DNA of 64,000 bases from an uncultured Novosphingobium sp. (GCA_964621355.1 CAZUOV010000010.1:4364-68363); one strand, 5' to 3'. Counted from the stretch's first letter, positions 53,427 through 63,194 are shown. The notes: a model not told the origin generated them from the sequence alone. Numbers and translations: made by a program.

Positions 53427-55901
53427 CTAGAACTGCGCCTTGATGGTCGCGCCCCATGTGCGCGGATCGCCCGGCTTGCCGGTAATCAGCCCGGTGTTGC
53501 CGCCCGGCACGTTCAGTTCGTCGAAGAACTTGACGTCGAAGGCGTTGCGCACCCAGCCATACAGGTCGAAGCCCGCGCCGGTGCGGAAGCCGAGGCGCAG
53601 GTTGTTCAACGAATAGCCGTCGACCCACGTATAGATGGAAGGCGAGGGGTTGGACGACCAGTTTGAGCGGTAGTTGCCGTCGACACCCAGATAGACCTGC
53701 CCTTCCTTGCCTAGCAGAGTTGCCGGGACATTGTATTCCGCGCCGTAGGACAGCGACCATTTGGAGACGCCCGGCAGGCGCTGGCCGGAAATGTCGCAGA
53801 AGGCGGGGCTGTTGGCGCCAGGCACGCCGGGCGCGCCAGCCGGCGTGCCGCTGCCGCCGCCCGCAAGTTCCGGCGGGCAGGGCGCATCGGCGAACTTGCG
53901 ATAGGTGGCGTCGGTGTAAGCCCCGTTGACGTAGAAGTTGAACCGTTCGCTGGGCCGGACCGAGAAATCCACTTCGACGCCCTGCGTGCGGACGTTGTCG
54001 GCGTTGGCAAGGTAGCCGCGCACCGTGCCGAACTGGCCGTTCGTCACCAGCGCCTGATAATCTTCGATATCGGTGCGGAAGATCGAGAAGTTGAATGTGG
54101 CCCGGCGATCGAGGAACTGGGCCTTGATGCCCGCTTCATAGTGATTGAGCGATTCTGGCTTGATCGTCTGGGCGCCAGCCGCCGGAACACCCGTCGCGTC
54201 GTTGGGCACGCCGTTCTGGTTGATGCCGAACGATTTGAAGGTCTTGGCGTAAGTGGCATAGACCAGCACGTCCCGCGCCAGCTTGTAGCTGAGCGTCAGG
54301 TCATAGCTGAAGTTCCAGTCGCTACCTGTCGGATTGTAGGACTGCGGCGCGAAGATGGCGAGTTGCGCCGCCTTGACCGCGCCGGCCTCTCCCCGCAGCA
54401 CCGGATTGCCTTGGCCGTCGAAAACCTTGCGGTCGTAGAGGCCCGATTTCTTGTCGTAGTTGAGGCGCACGCCGGGCTGGATGGTGAAGGCATCGGTCAC
54501 TTTCAGGCTCGCCTGGCCATAGAGCGCGAGGCTGGTGTTCTTGAGATACTGGGTGTTGATCGCCGTCAGGCCGTCCAGCACCGTGGGATCCAGCGAAAGC
54601 GGATTGCTGGGCGTGATGTTCCAGCGGCTGGACGCGGGGCCGTGTTGTTCGGTGCCCTGCGTGTCGATGCGCTGGTGATAGGCGAAGGCGCCCACCACGA
54701 AGTCGAGCGTCCTGCCGGACTGCGCATAGCGGAATTCCTGCGTATACTGGTTCTGTTGCGACGGGTTCTGCGATTTGGTGACGATCGGCAGGCCCGTGAA
54801 ATCGCGGTCGTTCTCCGGCTTCCAGTCCCAGAAACGCCAGGCCGTGACAGATGTGAGAGTGCCGTTGCCGGTATCCCATTTCACGCGCAGCGAGGCGCCG
54901 CCGATATCGTTGCCGGCGTTGAGGCCGGCATCGATATCAGGGCGCCGGTCGAACGGATTGGTGCTGACCACTGTATAGCCCAGCGCTTGCGTCAGCGCGG
55001 CATATTGCCGGTCCAGCGCCCGCTGGGTGGAGCCGGTGCGGACATAGACCGTGCCGCAGCATTCCGGGTTCTGCTTGCTGTAATCGCCCGCCAGCGTGAC
55101 GTCCATGCCATCGGCAGGCCGCCACAGGAACTGGGCGCGCAGGCCGAGGTTGTCCTGCTCGTTGATCCAGTTGCCCGTCGTGACGTTGAAGATCGTGCCC
55201 CGGCGGCTGGTGGAGGAGAGGGCGAGCCGGGCGGCGAGAGTGTCGGAAAGTGGGCCCGAAACCGCTGCCTTGGCCTGCTTGAAGCCGAGGTTGCCCACGG
55301 TCACTTCGGCGCGGCCCTCGTAATGGAACGTGGGCGCGCGCGTGGTGATGTTGATCGCGCCCGCCGTGGTGTTCTTGCCGTAAAGTGTGCCTTGCGGCCC
55401 GCGCAGCACTTCGACCTGGGCGACGTCGAGGAAGTCGAACGTGGAGGATGCGGCGCGCGAATAGTAGACGTCGTCCACGTAGATGCCGACGCCCTGCTCG
55501 ATACCGTCGTTGGTCAGTCCGAACGGCGCGCCGAGACCACGAATGTTGACGGCGCTGTTGCGCGGGTTCGACGAATAGAATTGCAGCGTCGGCGTCAGTT
55601 GCTGAAGGCGGCCCACGTTGAAGGCGCCGGTGTTGTCGATATGCTCGCCGCCGATGACGGAGATGGCGAGCGGCACTTCCTGCGACGTTTCCTGGCGGCG
55701 GCGGGCCGTGACGAGGATCTCGTCGCTGGCGGCCGATTGCCCGGTTCCGGCGGCGGACGGCTGCGAGGTCTGGGCATCGGAGGTCTGGGCCTCGTCGGCC
55801 GCGATGAAGTCGGCCGCGCTCTCGTTGGCGAACGCGGGCTGGTGTATCAGGGCAAGGGCCAGGACTGAGGCGCCGGCACCCAGAAGGGAACGGTTGGACA
55901 T
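53427..55901 (-). CDS. TonB-dependent receptor
   Basis: Signal peptide, EILVTARR TonB-box region, VEVLRGPQGTLYGKN, GDPRTWG, terminal Phe. Confidence 0.95.
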   Translation of the reverse strand: MSNRSLLGAGASVLALALIHQPAFANESAADFIAADEAQTSDAQTSQPSAAGTGQSAASDEILVTARRRQETSQEVPLAISVIGGEHIDNTGAFNVGRLQQLTPTLQFYSSNPRNSAVNIRGLGAPFGLTNDGIEQGVGIYVDDVYYSRAASSTFDFLDVAQVEVLRGPQGTLYGKNTTAGAINITTRAPTFHYEGRAEVTVGNLGFKQAKAAVSGPLSDTLAARLALSSTSRRGTIFNVTTGNWINEQDNLGLRAQFLWRPADGMDVTLAGDYSKQNPECCGTVYVRTGSTQRALDRQYAALTQALGYTVVSTNPFDRRPDIDAGLNAGNDIGGASLRVKWDTGNGTLTSVTAWRFWDWKPENDRDFTGLPIVTKSQNPSQQNQYTQEFRYAQSGRTLDFVVGAFAYHQRIDTQGTEQHGPASSRWNITPSNPLSLDPTVLDGLTAINTQYLKNTSLALYGQASLKVTDAFTIQPGVRLNYDKKSGLYDRKVFDGQGNPVLRGEAGAVKAAQLAIFAPQSYNPTGSDWNFSYDLTLSYKLARDVLVYATYAKTFKSFGINQNGVPNDATGVPAAGAQTIKPESLNHYEAGIKAQFLDRRATFNFSIFRTDIEDYQALVTNGQFGTVRGYLANADNVRTQGVEVDFSVRPSERFNFYVNGAYTDATYRKFADAPCPPELAGGGSGTPAGAPGVPGANSPAFCDISGQRLPGVSKWSLSYGAEYNVPATLLGKEGQVYLGVDGNYRSNWSSNPSPSIYTWVDGYSLNNLRLGFRTGAGFDLYGWVRNAFDVKFFDELNVPGGNTGLITGKPGDPRTWGATIKAQF

Positions 55902-56123
55902 CGGTATTCCTTTTCAAGGGTTTCACGACGCCTCCGGCGATCCGGTCGGCCAGTGAAGAGTGACGAACACAAGAGCGGTGCGCCCCCTGGCGCACGGGAA
56001 TGGTGTGGAAAGGATCATGCGAAGCACGCTTCCGCGAGCCGCGTCGACGGGTGAAGGCGGAGCCGGTCCACTCGCGGGCAGGCGGGGCCTCGTTGCATCG
56101 GTGCAGGCCCGCGGATCGCGCTT

Positions 56124-56147
56124 CTAGCTACAGACAGTCATTCGCAT
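56124..56147 (-). promoter_or_regulatory. Putative Met/Cys leader peptide MRMTVCS*
   Basis: GAGGTG SD 5 nt before ATG CGA ATG ACT GTC TGT AGC TAG, followed by a structured leader. Confidence 0.6.
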
Positions 56148-56318
56148 CGCATCACCTCATCACCTTCGTGAGGGATCGCGACGTCTGGCGTGGTCGCCTG
56201 GAACATCGCGCGCTTTAGCGGTTGGTAACGCGGAGCAAGCTGCATCCCGATCAAAAGCCGCGGGTCGGTTCTTCGGATTTTCCGGGGCGCCGTGCCTGAC
56301 CATCGCGGCGTCCGATCT

Positions 56319-56341
56319 TTTTCTACTTAATCAGTAGAGTT
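56319..56341. promoter_or_regulatory. Rrf2-like palindromic operator, site 1
   Basis: TTTTCTAC-TTAATCA-GTAGAGTT; the 13-mer AATCAGTAGAGTT recurs at 57445. Confidence 0.65.
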
Positions 56342-56368
56342 TATCAAGCGATCCTGGAAAGAGGATTT

Positions 56369-57112
56369 CTATGGCAAGGCATAGCCGCTCTTTCGCGCCG
56401 GGATGGGGCGGGACGAACCTGTGCGCGCCGCCGCCGGATGCCCGGGCGATGCTGGTTCGCGGGAGGCTTTGGCCAGCGTGTGCGGTGCGGCGCGGCCCGT
56501 CGCGTTGCGCGCCAGCCGTCCTCCGGCGTTCAGAAGCAAGCGGCCCAGCAAGTCTTCCCCCAGAGGCCAGTCGCCGAGACGCGAATCGGCGTTGATGTGC
56601 CCCGCCTCTCCGGCATCGACGAACTTCGCGCCCCAATCGATCGCCAGCGATCGCGCGGTGGAAAGTGCGCAATAGGGGTCGTCACGGCTCGCCACGAGGT
56701 AGGAGGGAAACGGCAGTTCCTGCCTCGGACACGCGCAGAACCGGGCGAGACGCGGATCGCGCCCCGGACGGTCGACATCGGGCGGGGCGACCAGAAGCGC
56801 GCCCACAACCGGATTGCCGAACGAGGGCCGCTCATATTCGGCCCACCACGCGATGGCCATGCAGCCGAGGCTGTGTCCGATAAGGATGACCGGGCGGTCG
56901 CTGCGATGGATGGCAAGGCTGATCTTGTTCACCCAGGTGTTGCGGTGAGGGTTGTCCCACATGCCGAGATCGACACGCTGGACATTCGCGTATTTGCGCT
57001 CCCACCGGCTCTGCCAATGGTTCCGGCCGCTGTTGTTCAGGCCGGGAACCGTCAGGATCAGCGGTTCGCGGGTTGTCACGTCGGCGTCTTTTTCCAGATA
57101 GTGGACCATCAT
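56369..57112 (-). CDS. RBBP9/YdeN family alpha/beta hydrolase
   Basis: VPGLNNSG..HWQ, GHSLGC, LLVAPPD, SRDDPY, AGHIN. Confidence 0.9.
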   Translation of the reverse strand: MMVHYLEKDADVTTREPLILTVPGLNNSGRNHWQSRWERKYANVQRVDLGMWDNPHRNTWVNKISLAIHRSDRPVILIGHSLGCMAIAWWAEYERPSFGNPVVGALLVAPPDVDRPGRDPRLARFCACPRQELPFPSYLVASRDDPYCALSTARSLAIDWGAKFVDAGEAGHINADSRLGDWPLGEDLLGRLLLNAGGRLARNATGRAAPHTLAKASREPASPGHPAAARTGSSRPIPARKSGYALP

Positions 57113-57179
57113 CTTTCTCCAGGGGATGGGATCAATGGCCGGTCGACTTGGTATACGTCCCGACTTGCAATGAGAATAT

Positions 57180-57362
57180 TCAGGCCAGCTTCAACCGCTT
57201 CTTTTCCGTCACGTCGATCTGCACGACGCGGCCTTCGTGAACGGTCAGCGATATGTTGCCATACTTGAGGCCGGACAGGGCCTCGCGCACGCTGGCAAGG
57301 GTCTGTTCGATCAGGGCCGGGGGCTCGGCCAGGCTCGATCCGGTTTCTTCAGGCACGATCAA
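57180..57362 (-). CDS. YezD/DUF2292 (OscA-like) small protein
   Basis: ALSGLKYGNISLTVHEGRVVQIDVTEKKR; AAGGAG RBS, TTG start. Confidence 0.85.
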   Translation of the reverse strand: MIVPEETGSSLAEPPALIEQTLASVREALSGLKYGNISLTVHEGRVVQIDVTEKKRLKLA

Positions 57363-57434
57363 GGCTCCTTCTGGTCAGCATTCCCTGATCCTTCGGGGTT
57401 CGAGGCGAACCGCTTCGCCGCGCTGTTACGCGCA

Positions 57435-57535
57435 AACTCAATCGAATCAGTAGAGTTGTTTTTAAACTCAACTTATTCGGTTGACTATAGTCAATCGACC
57501 GGAGGACGTAAAATGTCGACCAGATGAGTTGAGAT
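57435..57535. promoter_or_regulatory. Three further Rrf2-like operators
   Basis: AACTCAAT-N7-GTAGAGTT (57435), AACTCAAC-N7-GTTGACTA (57465), ATGTCGAC-N7-GTTGAGAT (57513). Confidence 0.65.
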
Positions 57536-57588
57536 TTGCGGGAGCGGAGAAATCCGTCTCCCGGCAGGAACCGCCGTCTGCGTTGGAA

Positions 57589-57978
57589 TCAGGAGGCGGC
57601 GGGCATCGCCGCGAGGCATTCCGCACGGTCGAAGTAATCGCGCCAGGCGGTGATCCTGCCCTGGTCGTCCAGCTCGAAATAGCCGCAGGCGCGGATTTCC
57701 GTCCACGGCATATCCTTGTAGCGGAAGCGATCCAGCCGTTCGGTGAAGACCGACCGGCCGGATGCGGCGATATTGAGGATCCGCCAGTCGAGTTCATCAG
57801 CCGCCAGGAACGGATCGAACAGATTTAAGGATTCTTCGCGGTTCCGGCCGGGAGGAGGGAGGCAGACGCCTTCGCAGACCGCATCGGGATGCAGCATCCG
57901 GGCGAGCGCGGCACGGTCCCGGCGGTTCCACGCGGCGATGAATGCGCGAATCGTCGCGATGGGGTCGTTGGCCTGCAT
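57589..57978 (-). CDS. NTF2/SnoaL-like protein, limonene-1,2-epoxide hydrolase family
   Basis: VFTERLDRF, GRITAWRDYFD. Confidence 0.85.
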   Translation of the reverse strand: MQANDPIATIRAFIAAWNRRDRAALARMLHPDAVCEGVCLPPPGRNREESLNLFDPFLAADELDWRILNIAASGRSVFTERLDRFRYKDMPWTEIRACGYFELDDQGRITAWRDYFDRAECLAAMPAAS

Positions 57979-57991
57979 GGATGTGGTTCCT

Positions 57992-59407
57992 TCAGCCTAG
58001 CGGTTCATAGACGGTCTGGGGCACGGTGAATTCCAGCAGCCCTTCGAGGCCGTTTTCGGCACCGATGCCGGACTGTTTGTGCCCGGCGAAAGCGGCAAAC
58101 GGCGTGAGGCCCTGCGCGGAATTGATCCAGACGGTTCCGGTTTCGAGCCGCGCCGCCACTTCGGCGGCACCGGCGACGTTCGACGACCAGACCGACCCGC
58201 CGAGGCCGTAGGGCGAGGCGTTGGCGCGGGCGATGGCCTCGCCGACATCCTCGTATCGCAACAAGGGCAGGACCGGACCGAAGGCGTCCTCCTGCACGAT
58301 GGCGGAGTCCTCCGGCGGATTGTCGACCAGTGTCACGGGCACGAAATAGCCCACGTCCGGCACAGCGGGGGCCGGAACGATGTGGCGATGGCCGGCCTCG
58401 GCGGATTGTGCGATCAGAGCCTTCACGCGCTGGAACTGCGCGCGGTTCTGCACCGGGCCCAGGCCGATGTCCGGCCCCGTGCCGGCGCCCACGCGCACGC
58501 GCCGCGCCACTTCGGCCAGAGCCGCCAGCACATCGTCGTAGATATCCGCATGGATATAGACGCGCTTGGCCGCGACGCAGACCTGCCCGCTGTTGGTGAA
58601 GGCCGCCCAGAACAGCGGTTCGGCGATCGCGGCGACGTCGGCGTCGGGCAGGACGATGGCGGCATCGTTGCCGCCCAGTTCCAGGGTCAGCCGCTTGAGG
58701 TTGGCGGCCGCGCTCCGCATCACCCGGCGCCCTGTCTCGGTGGAGCCGGTGAAGCTGATCTTGTCGATGTCCGGGTGTTCGGACATCCAGGGACCGAGCC
58801 GGTCGCCGCCGCAGACCACGTTGAGCACGCCGGGCGGCAGCACGCCGCGCAACAATTCGCCGATCCTCAGCGTGGTGAGCGGAGTGCTCGGCGAAGGTTT
58901 GAGCACCAGGGTATTGCCGGTCAGCAGCGCCGGGCCGATTTTCCAGATCGCCAGCAGCACGGGGAAATTCCACGGCACGATGCCGCCGACCACGCCGATC
59001 GGCACATGGCGCGTGACGGCCCGCTGGCCGGGCATGTCGAGGCTTTCCGAAACCGGCAGTTCGTTTTCCGCGACCGTGGCGATCCACCACGCCGCGGCCT
59101 CTATTTCCGAGCGCGCCGCCGCGAGCGGCTTGCCCTGCTCCGACGTCAGGAGGTGTTGCAGGCTTTCGATGTTCCCGGCCAGAATGCGGGCGATGGCGCG
59201 GAGCGCTTCCTGCCGTTCCGCGAAAGGCCGTGCGCGCCACGAGGGAAAGGCGCGGCGGGCCGCCGCGACGGCTTCGTCGAGTTGCTCGCGCTCGCAGTCC
59301 GGGGCCTGCCTGATGGCTTGCTCGGTGGCGGGATTGATGACGGGAAAGCGGGAGACGCTGTCGCGGCTTTCGCCGTCGTTGGTCATGGTCGGGCCGTTGG
59401 CGGTCAT
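57992..59407 (-). CDS. Aldehyde dehydrogenase
   Basis: PWNFP, FTGSTETG, LELGGND, NSGQVC, FGPVLP. Confidence 0.95.
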   Translation of the reverse strand: MTANGPTMTNDGESRDSVSRFPVINPATEQAIRQAPDCEREQLDEAVAAARRAFPSWRARPFAERQEALRAIARILAGNIESLQHLLTSEQGKPLAAARSEIEAAAWWIATVAENELPVSESLDMPGQRAVTRHVPIGVVGGIVPWNFPVLLAIWKIGPALLTGNTLVLKPSPSTPLTTLRIGELLRGVLPPGVLNVVCGGDRLGPWMSEHPDIDKISFTGSTETGRRVMRSAAANLKRLTLELGGNDAAIVLPDADVAAIAEPLFWAAFTNSGQVCVAAKRVYIHADIYDDVLAALAEVARRVRVGAGTGPDIGLGPVQNRAQFQRVKALIAQSAEAGHRHIVPAPAVPDVGYFVPVTLVDNPPEDSAIVQEDAFGPVLPLLRYEDVGEAIARANASPYGLGGSVWSSNVAGAAEVAARLETGTVWINSAQGLTPFAAFAGHKQSGIGAENGLEGLLEFTVPQTVYEPLG

Positions 59408-59411
59408 GGGG

Positions 59412-60557
59412 TCAGGTCCGTATCAGGTCGAGGGCATGGTGATCGAGGACGTGCGAGACGTGCCGGTCGAGCATGGTGAGGAACAACCGGTCGCCGCGCT
59501 CGGTGCGCTGGACGAGCATCGCCGCGCCGACTGCCACGTTGATCCCGGCGAACGTGAAATGCCGGTATTCCTGTTCCAGTTCGGCGAAGGTGTAGCCGCT
59601 CACACCCTGGCGGTGCATCTCGTCGAGATAGCAGGGCAGCAGGTGCGCTTCGGCGTCGCAGCGGTCGACGGGATCATAGGCCCCGCCGATGAGATAGGCG
59701 ATATCGACTTCGGCGGTGCCGAGCGCGACCGATTGCCAGTCGACCGTGGTCAGCCGCTCGGGCGAGATCAGCATGTTGTCCGGCCGGAAATCGTTGTGCG
59801 TGATGCAGCGCGGTCGAGCGCGCGGACGGCTATAGGTATCGTAATGCTCGGCCAGTTCGTCGCAGACCGCGATGTGGCGGTCTGCGAGCAGAGCGGCATA
59901 GCGGTCGCGAAACCGGGGCCAGGTATCGCGAAAGACCTCCGGCGCATAGAACGGCTGGGCCAGCGGCCCGGAGTCGAGCCAGGCGAATTGCGGCTGTTCC
60001 CCCTGTTCCCAGAACGCGGCGTGGAGCCGCGCCGCGTTTCTCACCGCGCGTTCGGCATCCGGCAGATCGAGGCCCCGGAACTGGTCTCCGGGTAGCGCCG
60101 GGGCCAGGTCTTCAAGCAGCAGCGCGAAGCTGCCGTCGGCGGCCATCGCGGCGCCGTGACAGACCGGAACGTCGATCCGGGCGTGCGGCGCGATCGTGTC
60201 GTAGAAGCGCAGTTCGCGTTCATAGAGCGACCATGCTGCCGCAACCGCGAGACTGGTTTCGTCCTGTGAGGAGAACTTTCCGACGATCGTGCGGGGGCCT
60301 GAGTCTGGGCCGGGCGCATAGTCGATAGTGAAGCGCGCCGCTTCACCGATCTGGCCGGTGCCGATACCTTGCGCCGAGACACCGGCAATCTTCGCGGCGC
60401 GGCTGTTGCGGGCAAGCATGGCTTCCAGCCAGTCCGCATCGACTTCATGTGGGCGGGGCGCTTTTCCGCCCACGCGGACGAGGCATGAGGGGGCGTTGCC
60501 CCCGGCACCATTGTCGCCGCCCGCGTCCCTTCTGCCCGCGTCCCTTCTGATAGTCAC
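59412..60557 (-). CDS. APH/ecdysteroid-kinase-like phosphotransferase
   Basis: YERELRFY, LLLEDL, HNDFRPDNML, VDWQ. Confidence 0.88.
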   Translation of the reverse strand: MTIRRDAGRRDAGGDNGAGGNAPSCLVRVGGKAPRPHEVDADWLEAMLARNSRAAKIAGVSAQGIGTGQIGEAARFTIDYAPGPDSGPRTIVGKFSSQDETSLAVAAAWSLYERELRFYDTIAPHARIDVPVCHGAAMAADGSFALLLEDLAPALPGDQFRGLDLPDAERAVRNAARLHAAFWEQGEQPQFAWLDSGPLAQPFYAPEVFRDTWPRFRDRYAALLADRHIAVCDELAEHYDTYSRPRARPRCITHNDFRPDNMLISPERLTTVDWQSVALGTAEVDIAYLIGGAYDPVDRCDAEAHLLPCYLDEMHRQGVSGYTFAELEQEYRHFTFAGINVAVGAAMLVQRTERGDRLFLTMLDRHVSHVLDHHALDLIRT

Positions 60558-60643
60558 TGTAACCGTCTCCCGTCGTTACGCCATTCAGGCGCGAGCGGCG
60601 CACCGTTGTTTTATCGTGAAAGGTGAGGGGAGGGGGCGAGGCT

Positions 60644-60684
60644 GTCCAATCGGCCTTTGCTGGCGATACATTGGCTTCGCCGAT
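60644..60684 (-). promoter_or_regulatory. LysR-type binding module with -35 for the kinase-ALDH operon
   Basis: ATCGGCgaagccaAT-gt-ATCGCCagcaaaggccgATTGGAC; paralogous to 61848-61888. Confidence 0.65.
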
Positions 60685-60772
60685 GGATTGAGGCGCGGAC
60701 CTGATCCGCGAAGTGCGCGAATACAGCGACAGCGCGCATGTGCTGGCGACGTTCGAACTGCCGGGATAATCG

Positions 60773-61795
60773 CTACAGCCGCTGGCTGCCATCCCGTTCG
60801 CCGATGTTCGGGCCGCCCTCCGCCGCGGCGTGCGCCGGCTCCTTGCGCCGGGCCTGCCAACTGCTGGCGAAGTCGAAAAAGCGCTGGGCGGCGCGGTTTG
60901 CGGAAGTTCCCAGAACCACCGCGAAATCGAGGTGCATGTTCATGTGCTCGACTTCGCGCCAGACCATGCCCTTGGGCGTCGGGAACCAGCCGATGCCGAT
61001 GGCGCAGCAATGCTCGCGCACGGCATAGCGCTCCACCGCCAGCGTGTTCCCTTCCGGCGGAACGATCGGCATCGCTCCCTGTGCAAGCAGAAAGGCGACG
61101 AGCGGGTTGATGAAATCGTCACCGTGCTCGCCGCTGAGCATGGCGATACGCCGCCCCGCCAGTTCGGTGCGGGGAATGACGGCATAGTCCGCAAGTTCGC
61201 TGCCTTCGGGAACCAGCAGGCCGATCTTGCGGCGGCGCAGCACGACTCGTTCCAGCGCGGCGGGATACTGAACTTCATTGACGATGCAGCCGGGTGGAAG
61301 ATCCCGGATGAATTTGGTGGTGGGCTGGTCCGAGGCGATGCCGAGCAGCAACGCGGCGTCCAGTCGCTCCGTCAGGAGGTCGCGGACCTGGTCGGACTGC
61401 AAGCGGTTGTCGATCGTATAGCTGATGTCGGGCCGGGCCGAAACGAAGGCAGTGAGCAAGGCGGTGCGATCGGCGAAGTCCAGCGTATACATCGCCGCGC
61501 CCAGCCGGAAGTGCGACCGCGACGCATCCTGGAGCGCCTCGGCCTCCAGCCGCACATCTTCCGCCTGCTCCAGCAGCGTGCGCACCAGCGGGTAGAGCTT
61601 CTGTCCCTGATCTGTCAGCGCGATCCGGCGCGACGTCCGATGGAACAGCAGATAGCCGAGCGTCTTTTCCAGTTCCTTGAGCTGGCCCGACACGGTCGGT
61701 TGCGTCAGGTTCAGCCGTTCGGCCGCTCGCGTGACCGAGCGTTCGTCCGCGACCGCGGCAAAGCTGCGCAGCAGCTTGAAGTCGAGATGCTGCAT
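60773..61795 (-). CDS. LysR family regulator
   Basis: SVTRAAERLNLTQPTVSGQLKELE..LG..LFHR. Confidence 0.92.
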   Translation of the reverse strand: MQHLDFKLLRSFAAVADERSVTRAAERLNLTQPTVSGQLKELEKTLGYLLFHRTSRRIALTDQGQKLYPLVRTLLEQAEDVRLEAEALQDASRSHFRLGAAMYTLDFADRTALLTAFVSARPDISYTIDNRLQSDQVRDLLTERLDAALLLGIASDQPTTKFIRDLPPGCIVNEVQYPAALERVVLRRRKIGLLVPEGSELADYAVIPRTELAGRRIAMLSGEHGDDFINPLVAFLLAQGAMPIVPPEGNTLAVERYAVREHCCAIGIGWFPTPKGMVWREVEHMNMHLDFAVVLGTSANRAAQRFFDFASSWQARRKEPAHAAAEGGPNIGERDGSQRL

Positions 61796-61847
61796 CCCGT
61801 TTTCTCCCATCCGGTTCTGCTGACCGACGGGGCATTCTAGCAGATTG

Positions 61848-61888
61848 ATCGGCCCGGTCTATCCATCGCCCGGCAAACCCTATTGGAC
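61848..61888 (+). promoter_or_regulatory. LysR-type binding module with -35 for the P450 operon
   Basis: ATCGGCccggtctAT-cc-ATCGCCcggcaaaccctATTGGAC. Confidence 0.65.
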
Positions 61889-61939
61889 CTGTCCCGCTTG
61901 CCTGCATAGCCTCCGGGACAGAGGAGCTGACAGGTGATA

Positions 61940-63178
61940 ATGACAAAAGACATCGACGAGGCCGTGGTCGATCCGGCCACTTATGCCGACGAGGACCGCT
62001 ATCACGAGGTGTTCGCCATGTTGCGGGAAAACGATCCCGTCCACTGGTGCGCACCCGCCGATTATCGCCCGTTCTGGGCCGTCACGCGCCATGCCGATGT
62101 TTCGCGGGTGGAGCTTGACGCGGCGAATTTCCTCAACGCGCCCCGCCAGTTCCTCGTCACCATCGACGATGAACGGATGCTGGAGAGCAACACGGGCAGC
62201 CCGACTTTCGCGCGAAATCTCGTGGCGATGGATAATCCCGATCATCGCACCTACCGCGCGCTGACGTCCGACTGGTTCCTGCCGAAAAACGTCCGCCTGC
62301 TCGAACGGAAGATCGCCGATCTGGCCCGGGAGACAGTGGACAAGATGGTGGCGCTGGGCGGTTCCTGCGATTTCGTCAACGACATTGCCGCCTGGTATCC
62401 GTTGCGCACGATCATGATCGTGCTGGGTGTGCCCGAGGAGGACGAGCCGCTGATGCTGGAACTGTCGAAGAAAGTGTTCGGCAGCACCGATGCGGACACT
62501 GGCGGCGGCGAGGGCATGACGTCCATGCTGGAAGCTTTCAATGCCTTCAACGAATACTTCCACACGATCACGGCGGACCGGCGGATCAATCCCCGCAACG
62601 ACGTGGCGACTATCCTGTCCACGGCGACGATAGAGGGCGCGCCCATCGGCGAGGCGGAGCGCAACGCCTATTTCCTGATCGTCGCCGCCGCCGGGCACGA
62701 TACGACCAGTTCGGCGATTTCGGGCGGACTGCTGGCCCTGCTTCGCCATCCCGAGGAAATGGCGAAGCTGCGCGCCGATCCGGCGTTGATGCCGCGCGCG
62801 GTCGACGAATTCATTCGCTGGACGTCTCCGGTGAAGCACTTTTTCCGCACGGCGGTCGCCGATTGCGAAGTCGGCGGCAAACGCATCCGCGCGGGCGACA
62901 GCCTGATGATGTGCTATCCTTCGGCCAACCGCGACCAGGATGCGTTCGACGATCCCTTCGCTTTCCGCGTCGACCGTGCCGCCAATCGCCACATGGCCTT
63001 CGGCATCGGGCCGCATGTCTGCCTGGGCCAGCACCTTGCCAAGCTGGAAATACGCCTGCTGTTCACGGAACTGCTTTCGCGGATGGATGACATAGCGCTC
63101 GATGGCGATCCGGCCTGGGTGAAGGCGAACTTCGTCTCCGGCCTCAAGCGCCTGCCCATCCGTTTCCGCGCCCGCTGA
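61940..63178 (+). CDS. Cytochrome P450 (CYP108-like)
   Basis: AGHDTT I-helix, EFIR (ExxR), ANRD, FGIGPHVCLG heme motif. Subfamily tentative. Confidence 0.93.
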   Translation: MTKDIDEAVVDPATYADEDRYHEVFAMLRENDPVHWCAPADYRPFWAVTRHADVSRVELDAANFLNAPRQFLVTIDDERMLESNTGSPTFARNLVAMDNPDHRTYRALTSDWFLPKNVRLLERKIADLARETVDKMVALGGSCDFVNDIAAWYPLRTIMIVLGVPEEDEPLMLELSKKVFGSTDADTGGGEGMTSMLEAFNAFNEYFHTITADRRINPRNDVATILSTATIEGAPIGEAERNAYFLIVAAAGHDTTSSAISGGLLALLRHPEEMAKLRADPALMPRAVDEFIRWTSPVKHFFRTAVADCEVGGKRIRAGDSLMMCYPSANRDQDAFDDPFAFRVDRAANRHMAFGIGPHVCLGQHLAKLEIRLLFTELLSRMDDIALDGDPAWVKANFVSGLKRLPIRFRAR

Positions 63179-63194
63179 ACCGATCGGAACGAGC

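Noticed and set aside
56138..56152. Alternative leader ORF MRCE*
   Set aside because: Its ATG directly abuts the GAGGTG SD, so MRMTVCS* has the better spacing; not fully excluded.
57501..57527. GGAGG followed by ATG TCG ACC AGA TGA (MSTR*) on the plus strand
   Set aside because: No downstream plus-strand gene to regulate and it coincides with operator site 4; chance or a gene remnant.
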